From: a virus
IMG/VR virus record: IMGVR_UViG_3300017971_004694
Strand: one strand, 5' to 3'
DNA length: 64,000 nt
The notes under the pieces were generated by a model that was given only the letters and a program-made list of their open reading frames with translations, was not told the origin of the DNA and ran no database searches. The position numbers and the translations under genes were made by a program. How positions within the stretch are numbered: the first letter of the stretch is position 1; the number at the start of each line of letters is the position of its first letter. Positions 30,093 through 40,205 of this stretch are shown one piece after another.

Positions 30093-30351
30093 CTTCTCCT
30101 CCTGGGGCTATAATAATGTCGTCATTAATCGTTAAGCCATCTTCAGCATGTATGTCTAACATTGCTTGGACTTCTAGTATCGCCATTTTGGACATATCTT
30201 CCCTTTCGCTTGGTGGCGCCAATGCTATTGCTGTGTCCCATTTGTGGAATAAGTTTTGTAGATCTTCCTCGGCTCCAATTCGGCGGGCGTGTTTAATAAG
30301 TTTCGTTCTAGTTTCTTCTTCGCTCATTGGCTCTTTCTTCTTTTCGTTCAT
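30079..30351 (-). CDS. Small hypothetical protein
   Basis: 90 aa, AAGGAG RBS. Confidence 0.55.
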   Translation of the reverse strand: MNEKKKEPMSEEETRTKLIKHARRIGAEEDLQNLFHKWDTAIALAPPSEREDMSKMAILEVQAMLDIHAEDGLTINDDIIIAPGGEDEGG

Positions 30352-30365
30352 CTTCTTGTTCTCCT

Positions 30366-30665
30366 TTATGAGTTTGTATCACGGCCCCAGCCGCCCCAAG
30401 CTTCAACTCTTACATCTCCATATCCATCAGATCCCCTAAAAAACACTACGCTTTCTTGGCGACCATCAAAAATCATACCAACAGAACCGTCAGAGGGATT
30501 CAAATCTCCGTGGAGTGTGGTTCCATCAAAAGAGTATTCCAGAATCTTAGTTCCGCGATTTAATAGGGAAATTCCCTGGGCTATAAAATTAAACCTTACT
30601 TGTGGTTCAGCTGGAAAGCTGTAGCCGTCTACCGTAACTACTTCAAAGAAATTGAATCTACTCAT
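30366..30665 (-). CDS. Small beta-sandwich virion protein (2 DGY)
   Basis: Likely start MSRFNFF after GGGAG; promoter motif directly upstream. Confidence 0.6.
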   Translation of the reverse strand: MSRFNFFEVVTVDGYSFPAEPQVRFNFIAQGISLLNRGTKILEYSFDGTTLHGDLNPSDGSVGMIFDGRQESVVFFRGSDGYGDVRVEAWGGWGRDTNS

Positions 30666-30699
30666 ATGCTTGTCTCCCAATTATCTATAATTATGGTCT

Positions 30700-30712
30700 A
30701 TTATTGATAGAT
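30700..30712 (-). promoter_or_regulatory. Late-promoter-like motif ATCTATCAATAAT
   Basis: Identical to the 7972 copy; 35 nt upstream of ATG 30665. Confidence 0.65.
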
Positions 30713-30754
30713 TTTTCCTTTATCGTAAATAAAAGAACTCCAATATAATCTTAA

Positions 30755-30767
30755 ATTATTAGTAGTT
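30755..30767 (-). promoter_or_regulatory. Late-promoter-like motif AACTACTAATAAT (second, tandem copy)
   Basis: Consensus match just downstream of the terminator. Confidence 0.5.
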
Positions 30768-30771
30768 AAAT

Positions 30772-30801
30772 AAAAATGGGCTGCGCGAAGCAGCCCATTT
30801 C
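30772..30801 (-). terminator. Rho-independent terminator after the decoration-like gene
   Basis: AAAATGGGCTGC...GCAGCCCATTTT inverted repeat with T tails on both strands. Confidence 0.8.
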
Positions 30802-30843
30802 TTCTTTGATCATGATTGTTGTTGTTTGGGGTTATAAACTTAC

Positions 30844-31485
30844 TTACTCAACCCTGTAGCTCAGCACGACGCGAGTAGCCGCTTCGGTAGCACCGACCAG
30901 TGAAGGTGGGGTGGTTACCAAGAATGGGCTAGTCTCGAACTCGACAAAGCGACCAACGGTAACGGCAACTGCAAGAGCAGCACCAGTCAACGTCAGAACA
31001 CCATCAGCCTGTGGCTGAACGGCTGCGCCTGGGACACAATTGACATTGGTAAGCACAAGGCCGTCAGCAGCGGTGCTAACAGCGTCAACAGAAACTGCAT
31101 AAAGACCTGGCTTGTCCCAGCAAGTTACCTTGCCGCTTGCAGCCGCAGTGTGAGGACCAAGGTTGGTTCCTGTGGTTAGAAGACCGGCTGGTGTTCCAAT
31201 CACCTGGCCAAACAGAGTTCCATATCCACTGGTGCCGTCATCAAGCAGCCAGAGTGGGCGCACAGCAGCAGTGTTGACACGAGGTGCAACAGCCGCACGA
31301 TGCTGGGAAGTAATATTGTCGTAGCCATCGAGAACATCGAAAGCAGCCTTCTCAGTTGAGGTTACGGTTCTGGAAGCTCCGAAAAGAGTTCCAACTTCGC
31401 CACCTGCTACGAGAGAAAGATACGCATCGAGGCAGTCGAACTGTCCTAGGGGCTGAATCCCCGGTTGATAAATATAAAGAGCCAT
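30844..31485 (-). CDS. Putative capsid decoration / cement protein
   Basis: 213 aa near the MCP with its own promoter, RBS and terminator; Ala/Gly/Val-rich; GKVTCWDKPGLYAV resembles beta-tulip decoration proteins; related pattern in 40616..41317. Confidence 0.55.
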   Translation of the reverse strand: MALYIYQPGIQPLGQFDCLDAYLSLVAGGEVGTLFGASRTVTSTEKAAFDVLDGYDNITSQHRAAVAPRVNTAAVRPLWLLDDGTSGYGTLFGQVIGTPAGLLTTGTNLGPHTAAASGKVTCWDKPGLYAVSVDAVSTAADGLVLTNVNCVPGAAVQPQADGVLTLTGAALAVAVTVGRFVEFETSPFLVTTPPSLVGATEAATRVVLSYRVE

Positions 31486-31543
31486 TTTTTCCTCCGAGGC
31501 ACATTCTTTGATCAGCCTCTGTAAGTATTCGTTATTATGAAAA

Positions 31544-31556
31544 AATATTAATAGAT
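31544..31556 (-). promoter_or_regulatory. Late-promoter-like motif ATCTATTAATATT
   Basis: About 59 nt upstream of ATG 31485. Confidence 0.6.
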
Positions 31557-31575
31557 TTTGTATTAAATTGATTCA

Positions 31576-31815
31576 TTATTTAGAAGGTTTGTCTAGCACA
31601 ATGTCTAAGGTTATGTAATTTAAAGTTATTTCGGGTTTCCATTCTATATTGAGATAGTTGCCATCTACTTCTATTTTTGTGACCCTTCCCTTGGCAAACT
31701 CTTCTAGATGCTTGCACAGAGCTTCTGTGTCATACACATCTCCGTTCTTGTTAGGCACATTGCATCCCATAGATACTTGATATAGAACATGATCATTGCT
31801 ATTTAGAAGCTTCAT
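31576..31815 (-). CDS. 79-aa protein containing prohead-protease-like motifs (VSMGC, PNKNGDVY)
   Basis: AAGGAG RBS; the motifs resemble those in the 47090 protease gene. Confidence 0.5.
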   Translation of the reverse strand: MKLLNSNDHVLYQVSMGCNVPNKNGDVYDTEALCKHLEEFAKGRVTKIEVDGNYLNIEWKPEITLNYITLDIVLDKPSK

Positions 31816-31890
31816 ATTATTCTCCTTTCATTTTGGTCGTATGGATGCGGCAACATTCTAGTTAAAATGTAAAACAATTTTTGCTAATTT

Positions 31891-32769
31891 TTATGGAGTA
31901 GTAACATTAAGTGTGCCGCCGCTAACTCCCACATTACCACTTACTAGCTCATTGAGAAACATATTGATTGTTCCGCCAGCAACAGCATCGTAAGCAACAT
32001 TGCCAGCTCCAACGTCTATAGCTCCTACATTTAAGTTTAGCTCTCCGCCGCCCACACCATGCCATACACCAATAAGACTTGTATGACTACCCTGTGCTAC
32101 GACATGTTCAACGCTTCCCACAATACTAGAGCCGCCGTAATTTGCAATTCCTATAGCACTATCGGCAGTTAGATAAATATCGCCCACATGAACGTGCATA
32201 TGACCGCCGTCTGACGACTGCGCCCCAACGCCAATTCTGCCAGTATATACGGCACCTACTCTAGCAATAATAACAGCTGGCTCGGGGACGACACCAACAT
32301 CAAAATTAAGAATGCCCGAGCCAACCCCAGTTTGCACAATCTTGTCTGCATGTAGCCAGTTAGTTCCACCATTTCCTGATGCGGTTTTCAAAACTGCGCT
32401 TTGCCCAGTAGATTCTATTTTGCGAAACACAGCAGTTGACTGATCACCAGAAAATTGTACAGTTCCGACACCATATCCTCCACTAGTTGGTCCAATAATA
32501 GTGGCATTTGGAGCATGCACTGAGATATTTGCGGGGATTGTGATGCCTTCTAAGTAAACACCATTGTCCAAACACACAACTGTAAAACCAGCACTACTGG
32601 CCGCTATTGCCGCCGTGAACGTTAGAAAAGCCTTTTCGATTGTTTTACCATCGTTAGAATCACTACCGTGTTTCCCAACCCACCTCATATATTGATTATT
32701 TACAAGAGGTGCGAAAGAAGAGCTTATACTACTTGGTATTCCAAGAAAACCACTCATAGCGGCCCCCAA
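31891..32769 (-). CDS. Gly-rich beta-helix (pectin-lyase-like) protein, possible head fibre
   Basis: WVGKHGSDSNDGKTIEKAFLTFTAAI N-terminal cap followed by beta-helix-type rungs. Confidence 0.55.
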   Translation of the reverse strand: MGAAMSGFLGIPSSISSSFAPLVNNQYMRWVGKHGSDSNDGKTIEKAFLTFTAAIAASSAGFTVVCLDNGVYLEGITIPANISVHAPNATIIGPTSGGYGVGTVQFSGDQSTAVFRKIESTGQSAVLKTASGNGGTNWLHADKIVQTGVGSGILNFDVGVVPEPAVIIARVGAVYTGRIGVGAQSSDGGHMHVHVGDIYLTADSAIGIANYGGSSIVGSVEHVVAQGSHTSLIGVWHGVGGGELNLNVGAIDVGAGNVAYDAVAGGTINMFLNELVSGNVGVSGGTLNVTTP

Positions 32770-32797
32770 AATTAAAGTATCGTTGCATGTATATCAT

Positions 32798-32810
32798 ATT
32801 ATTAATAGCT
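32798..32810 (-). promoter_or_regulatory. Late-promoter-like motif AGCTATTAATAAT
   Basis: Directly after the MCP terminator and upstream of 32769. Confidence 0.6.
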
Positions 32811-32832
32811 CCACAAACTCCGGAGCCAAAAT

Positions 32833-32868
32833 AAAAAACGGGCTACCTATCAAAGATAGCCCGTTTTT
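32833..32868 (-). terminator. Rho-independent terminator after the major capsid gene
   Basis: AAAAAACGGGCTA...TAGCCCGTTTTT inverted repeat. Confidence 0.85.
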
Positions 32869-32891
32869 ATTAGGTTTTTAGCTACTGGGTA

Positions 32892-33929
32892 TTAGCCAAC
32901 GGCTACGGACTTGCGACCAACAGCGCAACCTCTTGGGTTGACGATGCCGATTCCGATGATCTCGGAAATAACCCAACCAAGCTTAAGCTGCTTTGGTTCG
33001 TCTGCTGGGAGCACCTCGATGTCCTGACGGACAGGCATAACACCAACAAACTCTGGGTCAGCCGTGCCGAACACGGTTCCGGCTGGGACGATCTTGGAAA
33101 CGATAATGTCGGCTCCCCAGATGTGGGCATAAAGACCAGTCTGAAGAATCTCTCTCATCGTAACAGGATCAACCTCGCCGCCACCAGTTCCCTGGCCACC
33201 ACCAGTTGCCCAATTCAGAATGTCATTGAACTCAATGATATTCATGAGGAACTTGGTAGTTACAAGGTCCCAGCGGTCAACCTGAACCTTGATCTCGGAG
33301 AGATCGCGCTTCAGGAGGCCAGCGTCCGCAATGTCCTGAGCGGTGTTCTCGCCGCCAAGAGTAGCGTCGGCTGCGAAATCCAAAGCTGCGAAGATGTTCG
33401 CATCCTCTTGAGCCTGGATTTCCTGACGAGCCTTTTGCTGCGCACGGTCGATGACGTTGAAACGACGCCTTCTGACTTCCGCGATACGAACGGTTGGGTT
33501 GGAAACAACCTCAAACTCTGGAACGGTCACACGGTCACCAAATACGCGGCTCTCTGGAGCCGAACCGTTGCTGGAAACAACAACAGCCGCGACATCAATA
33601 TCTCGGTCATACACAGGCAGAGCGCCCTGAGGAAGTGGGTCTACAACAAGAACTCTACGTCCAACACCCTGATAATCCAAGTTCCTACGGATTGGATTAG
33701 CCATGGCCTGGCCAAGAGCAATCTTGCCTTCCTGCGTCATAAGGGCACGCTTAATAAGCTCGTCTCTTTGCTGATCAGTAAAAGATGGATTCTGAGCTAG
33801 ACCGGTATTAGCTGGCTGAAGCTCCTCCAAGACACTAGCATACTTTACAATATTTGATAGGGCATCTTTAACAGAGCTAGCATTCTGTTCACCCTGGCTT
33901 CCATATGTGCTGAAAAGAGACATAAGCAT
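32892..33929 (-). CDS. Major capsid protein (HK97 fold) with N-terminal propeptide
   Basis: 345 aa; LGQAMANPIRRNLDYQGVGRRVLVVDPLPQGA, PEFEVVSNPTVRIAEV...FNVIDRAQQKA...EDANIF pattern; AGGAGG RBS, own promoter and terminator; codon usage typical of high expression. Confidence 0.85.
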   Translation of the reverse strand: MLMSLFSTYGSQGEQNASSVKDALSNIVKYASVLEELQPANTGLAQNPSFTDQQRDELIKRALMTQEGKIALGQAMANPIRRNLDYQGVGRRVLVVDPLPQGALPVYDRDIDVAAVVVSSNGSAPESRVFGDRVTVPEFEVVSNPTVRIAEVRRRRFNVIDRAQQKARQEIQAQEDANIFAALDFAADATLGGENTAQDIADAGLLKRDLSEIKVQVDRWDLVTTKFLMNIIEFNDILNWATGGGQGTGGGEVDPVTMREILQTGLYAHIWGADIIVSKIVPAGTVFGTADPEFVGVMPVRQDIEVLPADEPKQLKLGWVISEIIGIGIVNPRGCAVGRKSVAVG

Positions 33930-33980
33930 TGTCCTCCTTGTGTAGTTTAGATTTGACTTTCTCTTTCATTTCTATGCGTA

Positions 33981-33993
33981 ATTATTAGTAGAT
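33981..33993 (-). promoter_or_regulatory. Late-promoter-like motif ATCTACTAATAAT upstream of the MCP
   Basis: 52 nt upstream of ATG 33929. Confidence 0.7.
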
Positions 33994-34020
33994 TTTCTGG
34001 AAATATATTAGGCACTTATC

Positions 34021-35415
34021 TTATTCTTTAGCCTTTTTCTTCATGGCTTGACTAATAAGATGAAGTATCCTTTCTAACTTGCTGGGATCAATAACGATTT
34101 TACCCCCTCTTACCACCTTTCCTTTGAAGCTGCCTTTGCCTTTTATTCCAAGTTTATTAAGGGCTTCGTCTATGTTTTCCTCTAGTTTTGCCGCCGCTGC
34201 GACTGTTTTCATGTCCATTTCGCCCGTTACATCAACACCGAGTATTTCTTGTAGCTTTCTAGTATTATCTTCTGGTTTAATATCTGGGGTTTCCACGGCT
34301 CTACGAGCCACATAATCCATCTTCTTTCCTAGACCTTGTGCTTTTGCTATAAGAGCTTTGGTCTCCTCTATCACATCAACAAAATCTTCATACTTCTCAT
34401 CCAAGCGAGAAGCAATGTCGAACCCAAAATGATACCATCTTCCTGTCCCAAGCTCTATTTTTACTCTAGCCATCAGGGCTTGTAGTCTTGGGAATACTGT
34501 TTGTAGTTGATTAAAGTTCGCCACAAATTTTTTGAAGTTCTTTTCATCCAAAGGCTTTGCTAGTTTTCCCATGAACGGCTTCAATATGAGTGCAGCATCT
34601 CCCGCACTTTTCGAACCTTTGCCCTTGGCAGTTTGTAGAATATCGTGAAGGTCTTTAAGATCTGTTTTCAAATCTTCTTTGCGGCTCGTTATTTTGTTTC
34701 CAAAGGCACTAAGAAGAGTCATAGCTCCGCCAAGAGCCATAGCTCCTTTGCCCCATCTACCCATGGGTGCCTTACCTTTCATAGTTTTAGTTGTGGTTCT
34801 GCCACCAGTACCCTTTTTTCTTTCAGTCGTAGTAGTTTCACCACCACCCAAGTATTTGAAAGCCATGGGGGCGACCATTGAGACGAGCCCGATTACTGCA
34901 CCAATCCAGGCCGTCTTGTGAAGACGGCCATCAACGAAAGGGAGGTCAGCGATCCTCCTGATTGTCTTATCAACCCGGAGCGCTTCCTTAACCTTACCTT
35001 CTTCCTCAAGTTGATTTGCCTTCTTGGCCAGCTCTTTTACAAGCTCCGCATGAATACCAAAAAGAGCACCGCTAGGCATCCTAGTAGCAATCTCAATATC
35101 TTTTTTCTGTTGCTCCACTTGGTTCTCTACAACGCCACCGGCACCCATCGCATCAGCAAGCACTGCCGTCTCAGGATGAGCTTTTTCGATAAGCTCTTCG
35201 CCAGTTCCTTTAGTTACGTCGTATAGTCCAGCATCCTTCCTTTCCTTATCAGTCATACTTACGCCATTGTCTCGGAAAGGACCGACGGGCGATTCACTAG
35301 GATTGCCGACCAAATCTTTCTTTTTTGGATTGAGGTCGGTAGTAATCAAACCAGCGTCGGCAGCAATCTTTTCAAATTCCGCCATGACCGAACTGCCATT
35401 CCATTGTTTGCTCAT
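34021..35415 (-). CDS. Putative internal head / ejection protein
   Basis: Start MSKQWNGSSVMAEF after AAGGAG; LHKTA followed by a hydrophobic helix (WIGAVIGLVSMVAPMAF); degenerate PG-binding-like LQEILGVDVTGEMD. Confidence 0.6.
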   Translation of the reverse strand: MSKQWNGSSVMAEFEKIAADAGLITTDLNPKKKDLVGNPSESPVGPFRDNGVSMTDKERKDAGLYDVTKGTGEELIEKAHPETAVLADAMGAGGVVENQVEQQKKDIEIATRMPSGALFGIHAELVKELAKKANQLEEEGKVKEALRVDKTIRRIADLPFVDGRLHKTAWIGAVIGLVSMVAPMAFKYLGGGETTTTERKKGTGGRTTTKTMKGKAPMGRWGKGAMALGGAMTLLSAFGNKITSRKEDLKTDLKDLHDILQTAKGKGSKSAGDAALILKPFMGKLAKPLDEKNFKKFVANFNQLQTVFPRLQALMARVKIELGTGRWYHFGFDIASRLDEKYEDFVDVIEETKALIAKAQGLGKKMDYVARRAVETPDIKPEDNTRKLQEILGVDVTGEMDMKTVAAAAKLEENIDEALNKLGIKGKGSFKGKVVRGGKIVIDPSKLERILHLISQAMKKKAKE

Positions 35416-35419
35416 ATCA

Positions 35420-36490
35420 TTACGCTCCTTGTAAGAGTTCTTGTAGCTTCTTAGCCGGTGCGCCACCTTTTGGCTTTGGCATCGCCGTGGGTTTTGCGGC
35501 AGGAGCCGGCTCCCCTATCTTCTCGTATTTTGCTTCTGGTAGAAGCGAACTAGCTATTAATGTCACCGGAGGAATAAGAAAAGCTTGTTCCCTGTTCAAT
35601 CTCCGAAGTCTTTTGCCATTCAGTCTTTCTATAACCGAAAGTCTCCCCATCATCTCAGGGGAGCCTTTAAGTGGCCTTCTTTTCACCTGTCTGAAGGCTT
35701 GAGAGAAACCTTCTATGGTTGAATTAAGAAAGTGGATTAATGTGTCTTCAACATTTCCTTTCTCATTTACAATATAAAGATTCCCGGCACGCGCTGCACC
35801 AGGGACACCGCTGGGCTTTCTACCACTAAGAAGACCACTTATCGAGGGCCCTTCGCCAGGAGCAGCAGCCTCTGGAAGGCCAACTCCAAACTGCCTTTTA
35901 GCCAAACCACTAACAGCGCCAACAAGACCAAGACCAGCTAAGCCGCCAGCGAATAGTTTTAAAAGAGCATATAGGACATTAGTGAATCCCAATTTCTTTC
36001 CACCCTTAACGGCGCTGAGGAATTTCCTAAAATATCCACCCCTACCTATAGCTTGTTTCTCTATGGTTTCCGCTGGGAAATATTTGTTTGCACATGCAAT
36101 AGCAACCAAATCGTGCTCGTCCAACGTTCCCTTAATTTCAATCATATCTTCCAACATGCTGGTGGACTTGAGCCCTATTGCGCCTTTAACTTTATCCACA
36201 ACGCTTCCGGCAACATTTTTAAGACTACCCAAAGAAAGCGCTTGGCCTGGTTTCCAATTCAATTCGTCATCAACCAACCCACCAAGTTTTCCTGGTCCAA
36301 ATCCAACATACTCTGCAAGAAGAAGCAACAGTCCTATTTTCCAGCCGAAAATCTTCCAGCCAAGTATAGGGCCAATCGCTCCAAAGATCGTCTCAAATGG
36401 ATGATCCTTGAAATCTACTTTCTTAACTACCGTTCCCAGAAAATCTCGGATCATATCCTGACCTTCTTTGACGATAACTTTATCGGACAC
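35420..36490 (-). CDS. Putative internal head / ejection protein with membrane segments
   Basis: GTG start (VSDKVIVKEGQ) after GGAGG; two hydrophobic segments; IEKQA motif. Confidence 0.6.
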   Translation of the reverse strand: MSDKVIVKEGQDMIRDFLGTVVKKVDFKDHPFETIFGAIGPILGWKIFGWKIGLLLLLAEYVGFGPGKLGGLVDDELNWKPGQALSLGSLKNVAGSVVDKVKGAIGLKSTSMLEDMIEIKGTLDEHDLVAIACANKYFPAETIEKQAIGRGGYFRKFLSAVKGGKKLGFTNVLYALLKLFAGGLAGLGLVGAVSGLAKRQFGVGLPEAAAPGEGPSISGLLSGRKPSGVPGAARAGNLYIVNEKGNVEDTLIHFLNSTIEGFSQAFRQVKRRPLKGSPEMMGRLSVIERLNGKRLRRLNREQAFLIPPVTLIASSLLPEAKYEKIGEPAPAAKPTAMPKPKGGAPAKKLQELLQGA

Positions 36491-39400
36491 GATAGCCTCC
36501 AGGTGCTGGCGTTGGAGTTGTAGCCTTGGCCACAAGCTTTTCATGCAGCACTCTAAGATCGTTTAGATAATTTATAGCATCTGTCCGCATCTTGTTTACG
36601 AACGCCTTGGCCTCGCCTGATAGTGGCTGGGTTTTAAGGCTTTCCACTTGCCTTAAAATCTTTCCTACTTCGCCTCGCAATTGTCTTGCGTAACCTACTG
36701 GTGATTTACCACCAGAGAAAGCCTCGAAAGCACTTAGACTTTCTATAATTTCCCAATCTGGAAGCTTATCGAAATAGCTTTGCACACTATCTAGAGCAGC
36801 CTTTTCACGAGGTCTGCCACGCAGACCATAAAAAGCACCTCTATCTACCCCAGGCTTTCTGCCTCCAGCAGCAGGTGGGACCGCACCAGGTGCAGCTCCA
36901 GGAGCCCCAGGTCTCTCAGTTCCTGGAATTGGTTTAGCCGCAGGTGCTTTCCATCCACCAGCCAACTGGTTGTAAAGTTTCTGCATCATGCTTACAATCT
37001 GGTCAAATTTACCAGGGCTCTCCAAATCCATCATGGCCTTTTGAGGTTGAATAGCTCCATACATTTCCTGCAACAGCTTGGCTGGGACATCATCATGCTC
37101 GCTATCTGGGTCAAACAACTTCTGTAGTCGAAGCTCGGCAACAAAAGCCTGTGGGCTTTGTAGTGATTTCAAACTAACTTTCTTGCCCCTGAAGTCTATA
37201 TCGCCAGTAATAGCGGGAGCAGTCTTCTGTAGATATGCAGCTACTCTCTGTCCAAGATTGAGAACGTTTGCCGGCGGCTTTGCTGATGTAACAGTCGGAG
37301 TCTTAAACGCAGGCATGAGACCTTTGAGCTTGGCCATCATTTGATTATAAGCGCCGGCAGTATCTTTACCCCATGCTCCATCAACTCCATGTTTGCCCAC
37401 ATCAAAGCCAGCGGCAACCATAGCCCGCTGTAGAGCTTCAACCTGCGCATCTTTCGCCTTGGCTGGAGCCCTTCTCCTGCCTCTGTATTTGGTGGGTCTT
37501 TTGCCTTTCGCAGCCCGCTGCCTTTCTTTTAAGCGAGTAAGTAGGCTGCCCAAATCTGCAACTTTGACCAAACTGATGTTTTTCTTACCAGCAAGCTTCT
37601 TTAACACATTGTGATATAAATATTTATTTAGAAGCTTCATCTCATTTAAGCTTCTTTTGCGTGCCTTGAGCACAGCCAGCTCTTCCCTTAAGTTCTTTTT
37701 CCACTCCTCGGCGTCTTCTCCAAAAACCTTTGGGTTTGCATCTACTTTGGGAAGAATTTTGTTAATAGTCCCAACTAGAGCATTTTGAGCATTCTTAAAT
37801 TCTTTCTCGAACTTTTTATAAAGGTCTTCCCTTGGTGACACTTTTTCTTTCCCAGGCTCTTTTTTCTTCTCTAATTCTCTACTCAAAGGTCTTGTCGAAA
37901 TAAACATATCTAAATTATCAAATGCAGATGACCAAAGATCATATCCTTGGGCGCCCCAGCTTCCAGAATGTGGCTCTTCAGCAGACTCCGCATATTCGTA
38001 ATACTTTTTTATTTTTTGAAGAGTATTTTCAATCGTATTGGCAATTTTTAATAGCCTATCAAGCAATTTTTGATCCGCAGCGATTTCTTCAGCTTTTTGC
38101 ATATAACTAGCTATTCGCCTGTATGCACCCACTATAAACTCGTCGTATTCGGCATTTGGATCTTTATCGCCCCCAGGAAATGGATTAGAAATTAAAAATC
38201 CCTGTGGTTTTGCGGTAAAAGCGGTTTCTTCATCTGTTTGATCAGATACTGATCCTTCCATGGCTCTTAAACCGCTATTCATAGACTTAAGAATACTATA
38301 AAGTCTTCTTGCATCTTGAGCTTCCTTCTTAAGCGAGGCATCATTCTCCTCGGAGCCAGCCGCCTCGGAAGCTGAGCCCCTATTTACGAAAGGGTCTTCT
38401 CCTTCTAACAGTTTATCTCGCAATGAAGCAATTGTCTTATCTACAATCTGGGCTGCCTCAACATCGCCGTCTTCCTCCAGCAAATTAGCAGTTGCGACGA
38501 GCTTAGTCATCATCTCAGCATATTTGCCAGTAGGGTTCTTCAGCGCTTTTTCAACAACCTTCTTGTGCTCTTCAATAAGGGTCTCAACCTTTCCACCCTC
38601 TTCCTTTGCTGGAACGATGGTTGGTCCGCCGCCTGGGTGCGCCTGGTTAACAAGATCATCACCAGTCTCACCGGTCACATCATAAAGCTTATCGGCAGCT
38701 TCCTTGTAAAGAACAATCTGCTTGTCTACGGCAGTCGCGGCACCAGTCTCACCCATTTCCTCAAGGTCATTGGCCAGAGAAATGAGTTCGTTTATTGCTG
38801 AAGAGACAATAGCCATATCATCTGCTGCTGCCCATTCGGGGAGCTTAAGTTTTGTCTCTGGCTTTGGGCCTGGAGTCTTCTGCCATTTTTGGTGTATGGT
38901 TGGCCTTGCAACACCAATTGGTGGGCCACCACCTTTTTCTCTTTCTTCCATTTCTCTCATAGTTTTCCTCGCCATTTCCTCAACATCAAGGCCAGTCATA
39001 AGTTCTTTCATATCTAGTTTAGGCATAGTCTCTGACCAATGAGCATATGGATCAACCCATTTTGGAGTAATGGGTTTGAAGCCGGTCTCCTCAGATGGAA
39101 CTAATCCTGGTTTTGGCAACGGCTTTTCGGCAAACAGCCTTGGATATTTTGTTTTTGCGTATTCTAAAGCATCGCCTGGGTTCAGACCACGCAAATCCAT
39201 AAGTCTTTGAACTACTGTCTTTTGCTGCGGAGTAAGAGTCATAGCAGCCTCCTTGTTCACAAAATTGTCGTCTGCTGCCCCACCACGAGGCTTTGTAACA
39301 TCGCCGCCCACTTCGCGCATCTTCTTCTTTAGCTCATACTGACGGCGTTCACCAGCATCCATTTTGGCCCACTGTTCAGGGGTAGGCTCGTGACCGACAG

Positions 39401-40205
39401 CTTGCGGAACAGGCTTTGGCTTGGCAGCAGGCGGCGGGCCGGGCTTGGCAGCAGGTTTGGCAGCAGGTTTGGCAGCAGGTTTGGCAGCAGGTTTGGCAGC
39501 AGGTTTCCTTTTCGCAGTCTGCTGTTTTGCTGCATATGGCACCCACTTTTCAAGTAAATACTTCATATCTTCAGCTGAAGGAGCTTTTCTACCACGTATG
39601 GGTTTTAGACCAGCACTCTCTACTAAACTTGGATTCTTTTCCAAATAAGCATTCCAGGCCGCAGTAGAACGTCCACCCCAAGCTCCATCTGGATTACCTT
39701 TGTGAGGCCCCTTGGGATTGCTGGTTGCTATCCCAGTAGCCTTTTGTATAACAGATTGCACTTGTTTGATAAGCGGCGAGCTTTTCGGCTTTGCCCTGGT
39801 CCTACCCGCTCTACCCGATTCCGTCCCAGGCGTTACAAACTGAGGAGATTTAAGCCATGCTTGATAATCAGCTTTCCACTGTCCCATTACTGTTTCATTA
39901 GCCTTCTCTTCACTAATACCTGCACCCACCATTGTTTCGCGGGCAGCCCTATAAGCTTTATATTTTAGCTGGCCATCTGGATGGGTCCTAAGCCATTTAT
40001 TAAACTCTTCTCTGGCATCGGGCGTATCCTTCATAGATCCCCCTTCCTCTTCTGGCGCTGTAGCACCAGCGGGACCACCAGTTTCCCAACTCCAAGGCAC
40101 ACCCTTTCCTCCTTGAGATTCTTTTACGATCCAGCCCTTCTCAAGAGCCATTTTTGCAAATTCGTCCATTACGGAGCCGCCTAAAAGGTTATCGATTTTA
40201 ACCAT
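36480..40205 (-). CDS. Large internal head protein with two peptidoglycan-binding-like domains
   Basis: 1241 aa; VQSVIQ...NPDGAWGGRSTAA and VEALQRAM...GVDGAWGKDTA; K-x-A sites (IVKES, VNKEA, LKKEA, LVKVA); AAKP repeats. Confidence 0.65.
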   Translation of the reverse strand: MVKIDNLLGGSVMDEFAKMALEKGWIVKESQGGKGVPWSWETGGPAGATAPEEEGGSMKDTPDAREEFNKWLRTHPDGQLKYKAYRAARETMVGAGISEEKANETVMGQWKADYQAWLKSPQFVTPGTESGRAGRTRAKPKSSPLIKQVQSVIQKATGIATSNPKGPHKGNPDGAWGGRSTAAWNAYLEKNPSLVESAGLKPIRGRKAPSAEDMKYLLEKWVPYAAKQQTAKRKPAAKPAAKPAAKPAAKPAAKPGPPPAAKPKPVPQAVGHEPTPEQWAKMDAGERRQYELKKKMREVGGDVTKPRGGAADDNFVNKEAAMTLTPQQKTVVQRLMDLRGLNPGDALEYAKTKYPRLFAEKPLPKPGLVPSEETGFKPITPKWVDPYAHWSETMPKLDMKELMTGLDVEEMARKTMREMEEREKGGGPPIGVARPTIHQKWQKTPGPKPETKLKLPEWAAADDMAIVSSAINELISLANDLEEMGETGAATAVDKQIVLYKEAADKLYDVTGETGDDLVNQAHPGGGPTIVPAKEEGGKVETLIEEHKKVVEKALKNPTGKYAEMMTKLVATANLLEEDGDVEAAQIVDKTIASLRDKLLEGEDPFVNRGSASEAAGSEENDASLKKEAQDARRLYSILKSMNSGLRAMEGSVSDQTDEETAFTAKPQGFLISNPFPGGDKDPNAEYDEFIVGAYRRIASYMQKAEEIAADQKLLDRLLKIANTIENTLQKIKKYYEYAESAEEPHSGSWGAQGYDLWSSAFDNLDMFISTRPLSRELEKKKEPGKEKVSPREDLYKKFEKEFKNAQNALVGTINKILPKVDANPKVFGEDAEEWKKNLREELAVLKARKRSLNEMKLLNKYLYHNVLKKLAGKKNISLVKVADLGSLLTRLKERQRAAKGKRPTKYRGRRRAPAKAKDAQVEALQRAMVAAGFDVGKHGVDGAWGKDTAGAYNQMMAKLKGLMPAFKTPTVTSAKPPANVLNLGQRVAAYLQKTAPAITGDIDFRGKKVSLKSLQSPQAFVAELRLQKLFDPDSEHDDVPAKLLQEMYGAIQPQKAMMDLESPGKFDQIVSMMQKLYNQLAGGWKAPAAKPIPGTERPGAPGAAPGAVPPAAGGRKPGVDRGAFYGLRGRPREKAALDSVQSYFDKLPDWEIIESLSAFEAFSGGKSPVGYARQLRGEVGKILRQVESLKTQPLSGEAKAFVNKMRTDAINYLNDLRVLHEKLVAKATTPTPAPGGYRVR
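39442..39506 (-). repeat. 12-nt tandem repeat (GGTTTGGCAGCA on the plus strand, about 5 copies) encoding PAAK
   Basis: Directly visible in the sequence. Confidence 0.9.
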
